Virus record (IMG/VR): IMGVR_UViG_3300025277_001773
Coordinates: 1-25,985 of that record
Length of the DNA: 25,985 bases
DNA from: a virus
Taxonomy: Duplodnaviria; Caudoviricetes
Direction: 5' to 3' (one strand)
In this document: one piece after another, positions 8,056 through 17,566 of the stretch
Layout of the letters: the number at the start of each line of letters is the position of its first letter
Position numbering within the stretch: the first letter of the stretch is position 1
Translations under genes and position numbers: made by a program
The notes under the pieces: model-generated
Told to the model about the DNA's origin: nothing
Databases searched by the model: none
What the model saw: the letters and a program-made list of their open reading frames with translations, nothing else

Positions 8056-8520
8056 ATGCCTACTAGCCAACAAGAAGCATTCAGTATTGTTGAGATACTA
8101 GATGAATACTTAGATGAAGGCCAAGCTAGAGAACTGACGGCTAGGTTAGAACAAGAGATTGGACAAAAGACTGATAACGATTCACTTAAAGTCAGTCTTG
8201 AGATGTTAAAGGCTTTGTATTCCAAGAAGCCAAAAAGGATAGACTACGCAAAAAAGGGTCTTTTGTATTCTATAATTTTGTTCCACCACTTTGTGATACT
8301 TGTTAATATCGCTGCATTTTTTATATTGCCGTTCCTGTATCCTCTCTGGGTCTGGATGCCTCTTAATAGTTTTATACTAACTGTGACATTTACCAGAGAA
8401 ATATGCCCTCTAACCAAACTAGAAAACTATCTCAGAACATCACTGGGGATGTCCAGAATCGGTGGATTTATAGGACACTATTTCGTTAAACCCGTGAAGA
8501 AGATTTTGAATAGAAAATGA
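8056..8520 (+). CDS. membrane protein with C-terminal DUF2784-like domain
   Basis: Two hydrophobic segments followed by CPLTKLENYLR...GFIGHY; GGAGGT RBS. Confidence 0.65.
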   Translation: MPTSQQEAFSIVEILDEYLDEGQARELTARLEQEIGQKTDNDSLKVSLEMLKALYSKKPKRIDYAKKGLLYSIILFHHFVILVNIAAFFILPFLYPLWVWMPLNSFILTVTFTREICPLTKLENYLRTSLGMSRIGGFIGHYFVKPVKKILNRK

Positions 8521-9410
8521 ATGTCTTCAAAGACTATGTTTCTACTTTTCCAGAAGCCTTATACCCTTGCAAAGAAGGGACCGTTAGGTACTATAACAAC
8601 GTAACAATTCTTGGAAAACAAAAAGCCGCGCAATCTTCTGTCATCATATGCGGTATATGTAGGGACGCTGAGAGCAATCTCAAATTTAATATCCCCAGAA
8701 TGGAACGTATAGGGGAAATGTTTAAAGACTATAAAGTCGTAGTCTACGAAAACGATTCTAAGGATTTGACCAAAGATATATTGGAAACGTGGGGAAAAGC
8801 TAACCACAGGGTTACTTTAATAATGGAAGACCTTGGCGACAAGAAGTTTGGAAGCGTGGCTTCTTTTGAAAGAGCGAAAGCTCTCGCCGCCTGTAGAAAT
8901 AAGTATCTAAAGCTGATAAACGAAACTCTAGATTCTGATTACGTTATCATGCTAGACATGGATATACAAGGGGGGTGGAGCTACGAGGGAATTTGCAATA
9001 GTCTGGGGCATACTGATTGGGATATGATTGGCTCTAATGGAATACTGTACGGACCCGTTGATGAAAACAACAATATGATAAAGGAAGGCGACACTATCGG
9101 AAGGGTTTACTACGACACTTATGCATTTAGAAGAGTAAATCATCCAGAGCCTCACTCAAGCCAAGAAATCAATCAACTGTTTTATGGCAGAGGAGAACCC
9201 CTCATTAGAGTCTGGTCCTGCTTTGGTGGCTTTGGTTTATATAAAAGAAATGCTATAAGAGATATTTGGTACGGTTCTCGAAAGCCAGACTCGGCTGCTT
9301 GTGAGCATGTCTATTTTCATCAAGCGATGGCCCAAAATGGCTTTGATAGAATTTACCTAAACCCCAGCCAGATAACCCTGTATTCACCCGTATCGTATAC
9401 GGATATATAA
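8517..9410 (+). CDS. GT-A fold glycosyltransferase (CAP59-like/GT2-like)
   Basis: GICRD, VYENDSKD, ACRNKYL, DMD (DxD), SCFGGFGLY, CEHVYFH. Confidence 0.78.
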   Translation: MNVFKDYVSTFPEALYPCKEGTVRYYNNVTILGKQKAAQSSVIICGICRDAESNLKFNIPRMERIGEMFKDYKVVVYENDSKDLTKDILETWGKANHRVTLIMEDLGDKKFGSVASFERAKALAACRNKYLKLINETLDSDYVIMLDMDIQGGWSYEGICNSLGHTDWDMIGSNGILYGPVDENNNMIKEGDTIGRVYYDTYAFRRVNHPEPHSSQEINQLFYGRGEPLIRVWSCFGGFGLYKRNAIRDIWYGSRKPDSAACEHVYFHQAMAQNGFDRIYLNPSQITLYSPVSYTDI

Positions 9411-9412
9411 AT

Positions 9413-11131
9413 ATGTTGGAATCATTGTCAACAGGGTGGTATGACTTGGAGTTTGATGGAATTAGAGATTTTCGCTGGTCTTCTAATAGCTCTATAGTTC
9501 TCCTAGATAGCACCAAAAATACACTTAGGCTTTTTATGGGAACCGACAATCCAGACAGGATAGTCAGGTTTGCATATAACGATGGAAAGTCTTACGAAAT
9601 ACCAGCCAAAATGGGCTGGCTGTATTATTGTGTGCCATACAATGGTCAGAGTGAATTAGTAATAGAAACGGAACCATTCACGCCCAAAAATGACACAAGA
9701 AAACTTGGAATGATGGTGTCTGAATTGTCCTTCACGGACAATGAACACCCCAGAGATGAAGCCTATTACGCCACAACTTTTTCTGTGCCAGAGCTAAAGT
9801 CTCGCTATATCGACATAGTCTATCAACTTAGCGAGCCTAACGTGTCCAAAATTTTAATCAAAGATGTTGACTCTGATGAAGAAAATGAGTTCAGCATCAT
9901 GAATGGCGGCGATAGACTAATATGCTACGAAACAAACTCAGAAACAAGTTGCAATTTTGAAATTCACACCGATTGTAACACTGATATTTCTATAAGAAGT
10001 GTTATTAATAGAAATGACTATCATGACTATCTAGGTCTGACAAAACATTCAGAAGAAAAAGCACATTGGAAATATTGCGAATTACAGGAAAAGGATGAAC
10101 TTAGCATCCAATGGTTTTTAACATGGAAGTGCAACTATACTTGCGGCTATTGTTGGCAGGAAGTCTCCAAGGAGCTATACAGATATGGTAAGTGGGAGAG
10201 AATGGACCCATCAGTTTGGGCCGATGCTTTTGACAAATTGAATCCGTATTCTTTGTATTTTACCGGAGGAGAGCCAACCTTATATAAGCATCTTCCAGAT
10301 TTAATCAGCATGTTGGATAAGAAAACAATCTTGACTATCACCACTAATTTTGGGCCAACATTTAACCTAAGCAAGTGGCGAGAAAAAGTTAAACCGGGAA
10401 GAATCACAGGATTCTGGGCGAGTTTTCACCCTACGCAACTGACAAATGTGGACGACTTCTTCAGAAAAACGGATGAGTACATATCCTATTATGGAAATCA
10501 TGGGTTTGGACTGGAGATGGTTCTTCATAAAGATAATATCCAACATAAAGATAGGTTTGTCGACTTTTGTCAAACAAGAGAAATAGAGTATTCAATAGAC
10601 CCGTTTGTAGCACAATATTCAGAAGATAGAGAGGGGATAACAGACACTAAAAGCTTGGTGAGTCCTGACGAAAATAACAGAGCCGAAGAAAGATACGACA
10701 GACTTCCCGTGTTACAAAACTCTGGAGTTGAAAGAGAAAGAATTTGTTCTCTTAATACAAGCGAAAAGAAAAACTACACAGAAAAAGTAATTGTCCCATC
10801 AGACCTCGGCCTCAAATTAGACAACACCACAGACGACAAAGGTAGACTCCCGGTATTCTGTCCTGCGGGAACTTCTCGGATTAATGTTGACATGGAGGGA
10901 GATGTCTATACCTGTATGAGCGCGATTGATAGAGGGAAACTGTTCAAGCCCCACTCCCTTCCTCACTATAAATCCATGGGTAATATTTTTGACGAAGACT
11001 TTAAGCTTATGACTAAACCGGTCATATGCTGGGAGTCTTTTAGGTGCTCTGCGTGTGACTTTGAAATGGTTGATTATTATTGGGAACCTATCAACAAGAA
11101 CTTCAACTACCAATTACCTATACCTGAATAA
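9413..11131 (+). CDS. radical SAM enzyme with long N-terminal extension and Cys-rich SPASM/Twitch-like C-terminus
   Basis: CNYTCGYC (CxxxCxxC), FTGGEPT, ITTN; C-terminal CPAG...GDVYTC...GNI...C...C..C. Confidence 0.92.
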   Translation: MLESLSTGWYDLEFDGIRDFRWSSNSSIVLLDSTKNTLRLFMGTDNPDRIVRFAYNDGKSYEIPAKMGWLYYCVPYNGQSELVIETEPFTPKNDTRKLGMMVSELSFTDNEHPRDEAYYATTFSVPELKSRYIDIVYQLSEPNVSKILIKDVDSDEENEFSIMNGGDRLICYETNSETSCNFEIHTDCNTDISIRSVINRNDYHDYLGLTKHSEEKAHWKYCELQEKDELSIQWFLTWKCNYTCGYCWQEVSKELYRYGKWERMDPSVWADAFDKLNPYSLYFTGGEPTLYKHLPDLISMLDKKTILTITTNFGPTFNLSKWREKVKPGRITGFWASFHPTQLTNVDDFFRKTDEYISYYGNHGFGLEMVLHKDNIQHKDRFVDFCQTREIEYSIDPFVAQYSEDREGITDTKSLVSPDENNRAEERYDRLPVLQNSGVERERICSLNTSEKKNYTEKVIVPSDLGLKLDNTTDDKGRLPVFCPAGTSRINVDMEGDVYTCMSAIDRGKLFKPHSLPHYKSMGNIFDEDFKLMTKPVICWESFRCSACDFEMVDYYWEPINKNFNYQLPIPE

Positions 11132-11132
11132 A

Positions 11133-11933
11133 ATGATAGACTTAGACGCCCTTTTCTGGTATCACACCTTCTTTCTCAATGATAGAGAGCATGTGTTTAA
11201 TAGAAACCTTTCTAATAGGGTTTTACAGGGCGAGTGGTGTCACAACGCCGAGATTGACCACTTTATCGAGCATATGAAAGAGGTTGGCTCTGGTACTCTT
11301 CTGGACATTGGCACTAACGACGGTTATTTTTCTCTACTTTTTGATAAGCTAGGGGCGCGTTCATTTACTACCGATGCTTGTGACCGAACTACGCGAAGAG
11401 CAATACACGAATTTCTTGGCAAAGAAGACCGATTTATCCACACCAATTTGTATCAACTCGATAAGCTGGGCGGGGTATACGATTACATATGGTGTCAAGA
11501 CGTTATATGTCACTTAGAACACCCCCTTCTAGCGTTTAGAACTTTCAGGAAAATATGCACTAAAAAGATATTTCTGGGAGTTGATAGATTTACGTGTGAC
11601 GATGTGGATTTTGAATTTTACGCTGACTGGAATGTTGGCCCATCAAAGATGTGTGTATATACAAACTATGATTACACATACGTATTTACAGAAGATTTTC
11701 TAAAAGAAACACTCACGGATTGTGGGTTTATGAATCCAAGGATAAAGTTTTCTTACACATCTACTGGTCAGAACAATATGTCAGATTGCGGAACTAGAGT
11801 CATTGATGTTTATGAAGCAGAGGTCAACCCAGACGAACGAGAGGATTCTTGGTGGAAAACACTGGACTGGACAACCACCGAGCCTTGGCCGGATGATGAC
11901 AATCCTTCACCCAACCCAATGCCCCATGGATAG
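11133..11933 (+). CDS. class I SAM-dependent methyltransferase
   Basis: LLDIGTNDGYFS (motif I), YDYIWCQDVICHLEHP. Start moved to ATG 11133. Confidence 0.82.
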   Translation: MIDLDALFWYHTFFLNDREHVFNRNLSNRVLQGEWCHNAEIDHFIEHMKEVGSGTLLDIGTNDGYFSLLFDKLGARSFTTDACDRTTRRAIHEFLGKEDRFIHTNLYQLDKLGGVYDYIWCQDVICHLEHPLLAFRTFRKICTKKIFLGVDRFTCDDVDFEFYADWNVGPSKMCVYTNYDYTYVFTEDFLKETLTDCGFMNPRIKFSYTSTGQNNMSDCGTRVIDVYEAEVNPDEREDSWWKTLDWTTTEPWPDDDNPSPNPMPHG

Positions 11934-11977
11934 GGTATAATCTTACAAAGGCGCTCTACACAAAAAGGCAAGGAACC

Positions 11978-12946
11978 ATGCAAGTATCAAGAGAAGATAT
12001 CATAGAAGTCAAGTCTTGGATGAACATGTTCGATGTGAACTACGAGGTAGATTGGAAGGACGAGGACGACATTCCACCCGCAGGGGTTGTGTACTGCAAC
12101 ATGGAGTGGATACCCGCATTTTTTGAAAAATGTGAGAAGACGGATAATGAATATGTGGTTGTTAGCGGGTTTAGTGATTTTGGGCTTGCTTTACAAGAAG
12201 AGCATCCGGTGTCGGTTGACATCATCAAGCACTTTCCCTCCCTGCATAATCAGCTACACGAAGCAGGATATTCATTTTTGACAATCCCTCCTCGCTGTAG
12301 GCCAGAGTTGTGTGATATACGACATAAGTATTCTATAAAAATCGATACCTTTACATCAGAAACTATGTCGAAGATACCAAGCAATATCAAGAAATGGTAT
12401 CTATCAAACACGATGGTGCAAGAAGAAAATATTATAGGACTCCCTTTTGGTGTGAATCAGGGTGCTTCCGAAATTATCCCGACAATCAAAAGATATGATT
12501 TTGAAGACAAGGAAAATCTTGCGTATGTAAATTGGCAAAACTATACAGACGAACGATGGAGACTTAAGTCACAGCTTGTCGCTAGAGAATTTCCTTGGAT
12601 AACGGCTAGAGAAACTCCAGAGCTTGAGGTTGAAGAATTTTTTGATGAAATCGCACGACACGTTTATGTTTTCTGCCCGCAGGGGAACGGCGTTGATACT
12701 TATCGATTTTGGGAAACTTTATATCTAGGCTCAATACCTATAGTTAAAGATTGTCCCCTCATAAGATATTTTTCAGGACTCCCCATGCTGGTAATCAACC
12801 AGTGGCAGGACATAACCCCCGGTCTTCTTAAGGAACAGTACGAGACATATTTTTCTAAAGAAAACCTATTCAGTTTTGATAAAGCTAAACTTTCTTATTG
12901 GAAAGAGCTAATAAAATCTGGCGTTGTGGAGGAGGCTGTGGTATGA
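11978..12946 (+). CDS. exostosin-like (GT47-type) glycosyltransferase
   Basis: FCPQGNGVDTYRFWETLYLGSIPIV signature; AAGGA RBS. Confidence 0.82.
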   Translation: MQVSREDIIEVKSWMNMFDVNYEVDWKDEDDIPPAGVVYCNMEWIPAFFEKCEKTDNEYVVVSGFSDFGLALQEEHPVSVDIIKHFPSLHNQLHEAGYSFLTIPPRCRPELCDIRHKYSIKIDTFTSETMSKIPSNIKKWYLSNTMVQEENIIGLPFGVNQGASEIIPTIKRYDFEDKENLAYVNWQNYTDERWRLKSQLVAREFPWITARETPELEVEEFFDEIARHVYVFCPQGNGVDTYRFWETLYLGSIPIVKDCPLIRYFSGLPMLVINQWQDITPGLLKEQYETYFSKENLFSFDKAKLSYWKELIKSGVVEEAVV

Positions 12947-14016
12947 ATTTCAATATTATATCTCCGATAAATCAGTTAGGATATGGTGTTGCCGGTGGCA
13001 ATATAGTCAAAGCCCTATCAGAACTGGAGAACTTAGTTTCCTTGTGGGCTATAGGAAGACCAGAATGGCCAAACGAACAAGACCATGAGCTTCTGACCAC
13101 ATGCTTCCACTATGCTGATATGCCTAATTTTGATGCGCCGTGTATTAGAATTTGGCATCAAAACGATATGTCACAATTCGTTGGTCGTGGACCCAAAATA
13201 GGCTTCCCTATATTTGAGTTGAATAGATTTAATGAGAAAGAAGCTTATCATCTTTCTAATGTAGACAAATTGTTTGTTTGTTCTAAATGGGCTAAGAATA
13301 TTGTTGTGGAAAATGTAAAAATAAATCCTGACAACGTACACGTTATCCCGCTTGGGGTTGACCGCACAATATTTTTTCCCGTCGCTGGGGGCAGAAAAGA
13401 AACGATATTTTTCAATTGTGGTAAATGGGAAATAAGAAAAGGTCACGATATTCTTTGCGAGGCTTTTGACAGAGCTTTTGGTCCAGAAGACGACGTAGAG
13501 CTTTGGATGATGTGTGCAAATCCATTCTACGAGCAGCAAGAAAACTACGACTGGGAAAGAAAATATAAAACCTCGAAGATGGGCAACAAAGTCAAAATGA
13601 TTCCAAAACAGAAAAGTCAAGATTCTGTTGCCGACATTATGAGGTCTGCCGACTGTGGGGTTTTCCCCGCCAGAGCAGAGGGGTGGAACCTAGAGCTTTT
13701 AGAGATGATGTCTTGTGGAAAACATGTCATAGCCACAAACTACTCTGGCCACACAGAATTTTGTGATAACGATAATTGTATGCTGGTAGAAACAAGCGTT
13801 CTTGAAGAGGCTCATGATGGGAAGTGGTTTAATGGAGAGGGGGAATGGGCGCAGATTGGCGACAAACAAATTGATTTGATTGCCTCTTATATGCGAGATG
13901 TTCATATGCTTAAACAAGGTGGTCACTTAGAAGAGAATACCAGTGGAATAGAAACAGCTAAAAGATTTTCTTGGGAGAACTCAGCGAAACAAATTATGGG
14001 CATTGAATATGTCTAG
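12943..14016 (+). CDS. GT-B (GT4) glycosyltransferase
   Basis: VIPLGVD, GKWEIRKG, FPARAEGWNLELLEMMSCG (EX7E), FSWE. Start moved to ATG 12943 (GGAGG RBS, ATGA overlap). Confidence 0.92.
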   Translation: MNFNIISPINQLGYGVAGGNIVKALSELENLVSLWAIGRPEWPNEQDHELLTTCFHYADMPNFDAPCIRIWHQNDMSQFVGRGPKIGFPIFELNRFNEKEAYHLSNVDKLFVCSKWAKNIVVENVKINPDNVHVIPLGVDRTIFFPVAGGRKETIFFNCGKWEIRKGHDILCEAFDRAFGPEDDVELWMMCANPFYEQQENYDWERKYKTSKMGNKVKMIPKQKSQDSVADIMRSADCGVFPARAEGWNLELLEMMSCGKHVIATNYSGHTEFCDNDNCMLVETSVLEEAHDGKWFNGEGEWAQIGDKQIDLIASYMRDVHMLKQGGHLEENTSGIETAKRFSWENSAKQIMGIEYV

Positions 14017-14860
14017 AGTAAATGTACATAAGTACCTTTCTCGTATAAATGAAGATGGCTTGCTTGTCTTTTCCCAAGACGGCTTGGAGAGAGTAGACGA
14101 TAGATTTAAACGATGGGATATAAATAGGTCGATAACAGCAGAGTATGGAGAGGCCGTAGACAAAGCGATTGAGAACGAATGGGACTTTCAGAATTTTAAA
14201 AACAACCCAAAATATGCCAGTATCGTGGGGATGTGCGACGACTTTCAGTCTAGGATTTGGCTAGAAAGAATAGAAAAAGAGTTTCCCGAAATACTAAGCA
14301 AAATAGAACAATTCAAGAAGAATGACACTATTGGAAATCCTCCCCTTTGGCACTCTGGCAAACACGGAATGATTTCTCCAGATACGCTGCATAGGATAAA
14401 TACGCTCTGTGATGTTAAAAAATATTTTGGTGACCTAAATGGTAAAAATGTAGTCGAAATTGGTGTAGGATATGGTGGACTTTGCTTTGTTTTATCTTCC
14501 TTCTACAATATCAACTCATATGAGTTGGTTGATTTAGAAAATGTAGTTGGTTTGTCCAAAAAGTATTTGTCAGCATTGGGTGTTGAAGTTGCTTCTTGCG
14601 AAACAGAAAGTTTTGACTTAACAATTAGTGAGTTTTGTATCGCTGAACTAGACAACAAAGGGATATCTGATTATTTTCAGCGCTACATACAAAAGTCAAA
14701 AGCTATCTATCTTATGATGAATCCAGCACCACTCAAATGGCCTAAAAAAAGGCTAAATGATTTTCATGACCTGTTGAGCGAAGATTTTGTAATTGAAATT
14801 CACGAAGAATTTCCTAAGATGATTGATTCGAACTATCTTATAGTCGGATATAAAAAATAA
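14009..14860 (+). CDS. putative sugar O-methyltransferase
   Basis: NDTIGNP...ISPDTL...VVEIGVGYGG...YELVDL; glycosyltransferase context. Confidence 0.75.
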   Translation: MSRVNVHKYLSRINEDGLLVFSQDGLERVDDRFKRWDINRSITAEYGEAVDKAIENEWDFQNFKNNPKYASIVGMCDDFQSRIWLERIEKEFPEILSKIEQFKKNDTIGNPPLWHSGKHGMISPDTLHRINTLCDVKKYFGDLNGKNVVEIGVGYGGLCFVLSSFYNINSYELVDLENVVGLSKKYLSALGVEVASCETESFDLTISEFCIAELDNKGISDYFQRYIQKSKAIYLMMNPAPLKWPKKRLNDFHDLLSEDFVIEIHEEFPKMIDSNYLIVGYKK

Positions 14861-14870
14861 GGGGTTTCAA

Positions 14871-15395
14871 ATGCCATCTCCAGACAGGGGTGAAACGAAG
14901 AAAAATTATATCTCTAGATGTATGTCTAGCGAAGAAGCTAAAAGAGATTTTCCAGATTCTAAACAAAGGGTTGCTTTTTGTAACAGCAAGTGGGAGAACA
15001 AAGGAAAATCTTCCGGGGCAATTTTCTTATACGAAGACCCTAAAACCGGCGAGCTTTTCCATTTCAAAAGAAGGGGAGGGCATAGGAAAAATGGGAGAAC
15101 TTTAATTTTTGTTAAGCAAGTAAGAGGTGAGACTATGTCAGACGATTTAAGTGACTGGGCAGAGCACATTTTAAACAAAGCAGCGGAATCTTATGTGAGT
15201 GCGAACAAGAAGGCTGGGTATCCACCTAACTGCAACGAAGGATACGTTGCGAAAGATGGGAAGTGCGTTCCCGCTCAGGAAGAAGATGCCGGGAAAACGA
15301 TGAAGAAGAAAGCTGATAAGAAATCGGGAAAAGACAAAAAGAAGAATGACGAAGAGAAGAACGGAAAAGATAACAATAAGTGGATGAAGCACTAA
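14871..15395 (+). CDS. hypothetical phage-type protein, possibly two fused modules
   Basis: N-terminal PSP..GE...YISRCM...KQRVAFC...W module, then AGYPPNCNEGY..KDGKCVP and a Lys/Asp-rich tail. Confidence 0.7.
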   Translation: MPSPDRGETKKNYISRCMSSEEAKRDFPDSKQRVAFCNSKWENKGKSSGAIFLYEDPKTGELFHFKRRGGHRKNGRTLIFVKQVRGETMSDDLSDWAEHILNKAAESYVSANKKAGYPPNCNEGYVAKDGKCVPAQEEDAGKTMKKKADKKSGKDKKKNDEEKNGKDNNKWMKH

Positions 15396-15420
15396 TAACA
15401 CTACAACAAAGGAGATGAAA

Positions 15421-15621
15421 ATGTTAGAATATCTTAGAAATCATTGGGTGTGTTTCCTAGTAGGAGGCGTGGTTGGGTACTGTCTTCACTTCTGCCCGTT
15501 GCTATGCAATTGTGCTGGAGTTTGTCCGGTAGCTGGCGCTGCTTGCGTCTGTGACGACTGCTCTTGCGACAACTGCAAGTGCGGCGTAGACTGCAAGGAT
15601 GGCTGTGCTTGCTTGAACTGA
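15421..15621 (+). CDS. Cys-rich metallothionein-like peptide with hydrophobic N-terminus
   Basis: 15 Cys with repeated CxC (CNC, CVC, CSC, CKC, CAC). AAAGGAG RBS spacing favours ATG 15421 over 15415. Confidence 0.7.
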   Translation: MLEYLRNHWVCFLVGGVVGYCLHFCPLLCNCAGVCPVAGAACVCDDCSCDNCKCGVDCKDGCACLN

Positions 15622-15687
15622 AAGGTCAGGTAAACTGCGTCGGTCGGCGCAATCTATTATTCAAAAGAAATTTAAGGAGGAAGGACT

Positions 15688-15888
15688 ATGTCGCACAAGG
15701 CATTAGTGCGTCAGGCGGCTGTAAGCCATTTTCAATCAAAAATGGAAGAAGCCAAAATTAGAATGAGAGTATACGAGGAGCCAGTAGGCGTTGGAGAGCA
15801 TCCCTACGTTCTTGCGGAATATCTTAAGGCTGTAGAAGATTACGAACACGCTGAAAGTTGTGTAGAAATAGTTCAAGCGCTGGGGTAA
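15688..15888 (+). CDS. small hypothetical protein (PVGVGEH motif)
   Basis: Strong AAGGAGG RBS; predicted helical hairpin. Confidence 0.7.
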   Translation: MSHKALVRQAAVSHFQSKMEEAKIRMRVYEEPVGVGEHPYVLAEYLKAVEDYEHAESCVEIVQALG

Positions 15889-15892
15889 CCCT

Positions 15893-16270
15893 ATGGGTAT
15901 TTTTTCTAAGTTCTTCAATAAGAAAGAGCCAGAGCCAGAGTCAGAATCTGAGGCTAAGTGCTCTCTGCGTTTTACTCTCCATGATAACGAAGACGTGGGG
16001 TTTGAATGTGAATGGGATGAAGAAAGCGTATTTAACCTTGCCCAACTCATTTACTTAGTCAATAATGGATTTTTGGCTGAAGAGATTTTGAAAATCATAA
16101 AAGACTCCTGCATAGAAAATGATAACGAAAAAGATTACATAAGATTGCTAGGTTTTTTACAAATAGTGACATCAGGACAGGCTCTGGGACAAGACGGTGG
16201 TAAAAACCCCCTCGTCAAACCCACTCAGGTTATTGGCACATCTCTGGACGATACTAACATTCCTATATAG
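15893..16270 (+). CDS. hypothetical protein
   Basis: Contiguous + strand ORF; no motif. Confidence 0.7.
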   Translation: MGIFSKFFNKKEPEPESESEAKCSLRFTLHDNEDVGFECEWDEESVFNLAQLIYLVNNGFLAEEILKIIKDSCIENDNEKDYIRLLGFLQIVTSGQALGQDGGKNPLVKPTQVIGTSLDDTNIPI

Positions 16271-16283
16271 CTAGGAGGCCGTC

Positions 16284-16922
16284 ATGTCGTCAGTTAGAAA
16301 AATCGCTTGGGAAAAATGGGAGGATGATGTAGAACAAGCCTCTTCTACAAACCCTTTTTCTCAACTACAGTCCAGCGCAAAAGAAGAAGAAGGCGAAGAG
16401 ATTGATATTACAGAGTTATACTCTGGGTTTATATCGGAACTTCCCACGATTGTTTCTACTCCGGTTGGCATGTATCGCCTACATGACCGGATGAGTCCAA
16501 CCAAGCAATTCGACTGCTGGATGGGATACACCAACTTTGATATCACAGAAGAAGTAAAAGATACAATTGAATCCATCGGTGGCGTTGAGGTTCTAGTAGT
16601 TTTAACTAGATACAGATTCTTCTTGGGTGTTGCAAAACTGTTCAACTTTAGAGATGTCAGGGTTGAGGTTGAAAACGCATTGTGCAATATTCATATTGAA
16701 GAAGCCAAAATTGAAGACGAGTCTGTGAGACGTGAGGTTGAAGCCCTGCAAAAAAAATTAAAGGCCGAGAGCAAACACTGGGCTATATTTGTGTTCCCAA
16801 ATGGTGAACTCGATTATACTTTTACTAATGATAAAGATGACGACACCTTTTTAGAAAAGATGATTGTTTACAACGAAGCTAGAGTTATTTCGGGCGGAAT
16901 AGTTGTGAACTCGGAAGACTAA
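16284..16922 (+). CDS. hypothetical acidic protein
   Basis: AGGAGG RBS; TAATG coupling to the next gene. Confidence 0.75.
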   Translation: MSSVRKIAWEKWEDDVEQASSTNPFSQLQSSAKEEEGEEIDITELYSGFISELPTIVSTPVGMYRLHDRMSPTKQFDCWMGYTNFDITEEVKDTIESIGGVEVLVVLTRYRFFLGVAKLFNFRDVRVEVENALCNIHIEEAKIEDESVRREVEALQKKLKAESKHWAIFVFPNGELDYTFTNDKDDDTFLEKMIVYNEARVISGGIVVNSED

Positions 16923-17566
16923 TGGAACTGGAACTCGCTTGTTATGATAGAATCTCAGACTATGATTCGATTCTAAGCAGCATCTTTACTGGCACAAGAT
17001 GCACAGCTAATTGTATCTCTGTGCCTTCCGGGCTTGTTTCCAAAACCTCCTTCTTCAAAGAATACATCGACATTTCTGCCGCCGTAGACTTTCCTTACGG
17101 CCTGAGCGAAACGTCGGTTAGAATTCACGAAATAATAGTCTCTATCAGGAAAGGGGCCAGTCTGATAGACCTCTGCATAAATAGTGCGGATGCTGCTGAA
17201 GAAAATTGGGAGACTATACGAAAAGACATGAGAGCATGCTTAATGGCATGTAAAGACAGCGGCGTTGAATTGAGACCAATCATAGAGTATAGACTTCTTT
17301 CTGAAAAGATTATTTTCCCTCTGTGCGGCCTTTTTTTGAAAGAAGGGGTCGAATATGTAGCAAACGCCACCGGAACTATGGCGGATGATACTTTAGACAA
17401 CGTAATCATTTCTAATAGAATTCAATCAGAAACAGGAATTAAGGTGATAGCGTGTGGGAGAATATGGACACCTGCGCATTTTGACATGTTTAGAGAAGCT
17501 GGGATACATTCTATTAGGTTAACATCATCACGATTAGCTGAAGAATTTCTCAGAAATGGTGTATAA
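16922..17566 (+). CDS. deoxyribose-phosphate-aldolase-like (DeoC) TIM barrel, catalytic Lys apparently absent
   Basis: AVDFPYG, GASLIDLCIN and RPIIE follow DeoC motif order, but GVEYVANATG stands where FVKTSTG is expected. Confidence 0.75.
   Translation: MELELACYDRISDYDSILSSIFTGTRCTANCISVPSGLVSKTSFFKEYIDISAAVDFPYGLSETSVRIHEIIVSIRKGASLIDLCINSADAAEENWETIRKDMRACLMACKDSGVELRPIIEYRLLSEKIIFPLCGLFLKEGVEYVANATGTMADDTLDNVIISNRIQSETGIKVIACGRIWTPAHFDMFREAGIHSIRLTSSRLAEEFLRNGV

Noticed and set aside
15924-15952. GAGCCA-type short tandem repeat
   Set aside because: Only encodes a low-complexity EPEPESESE linker.
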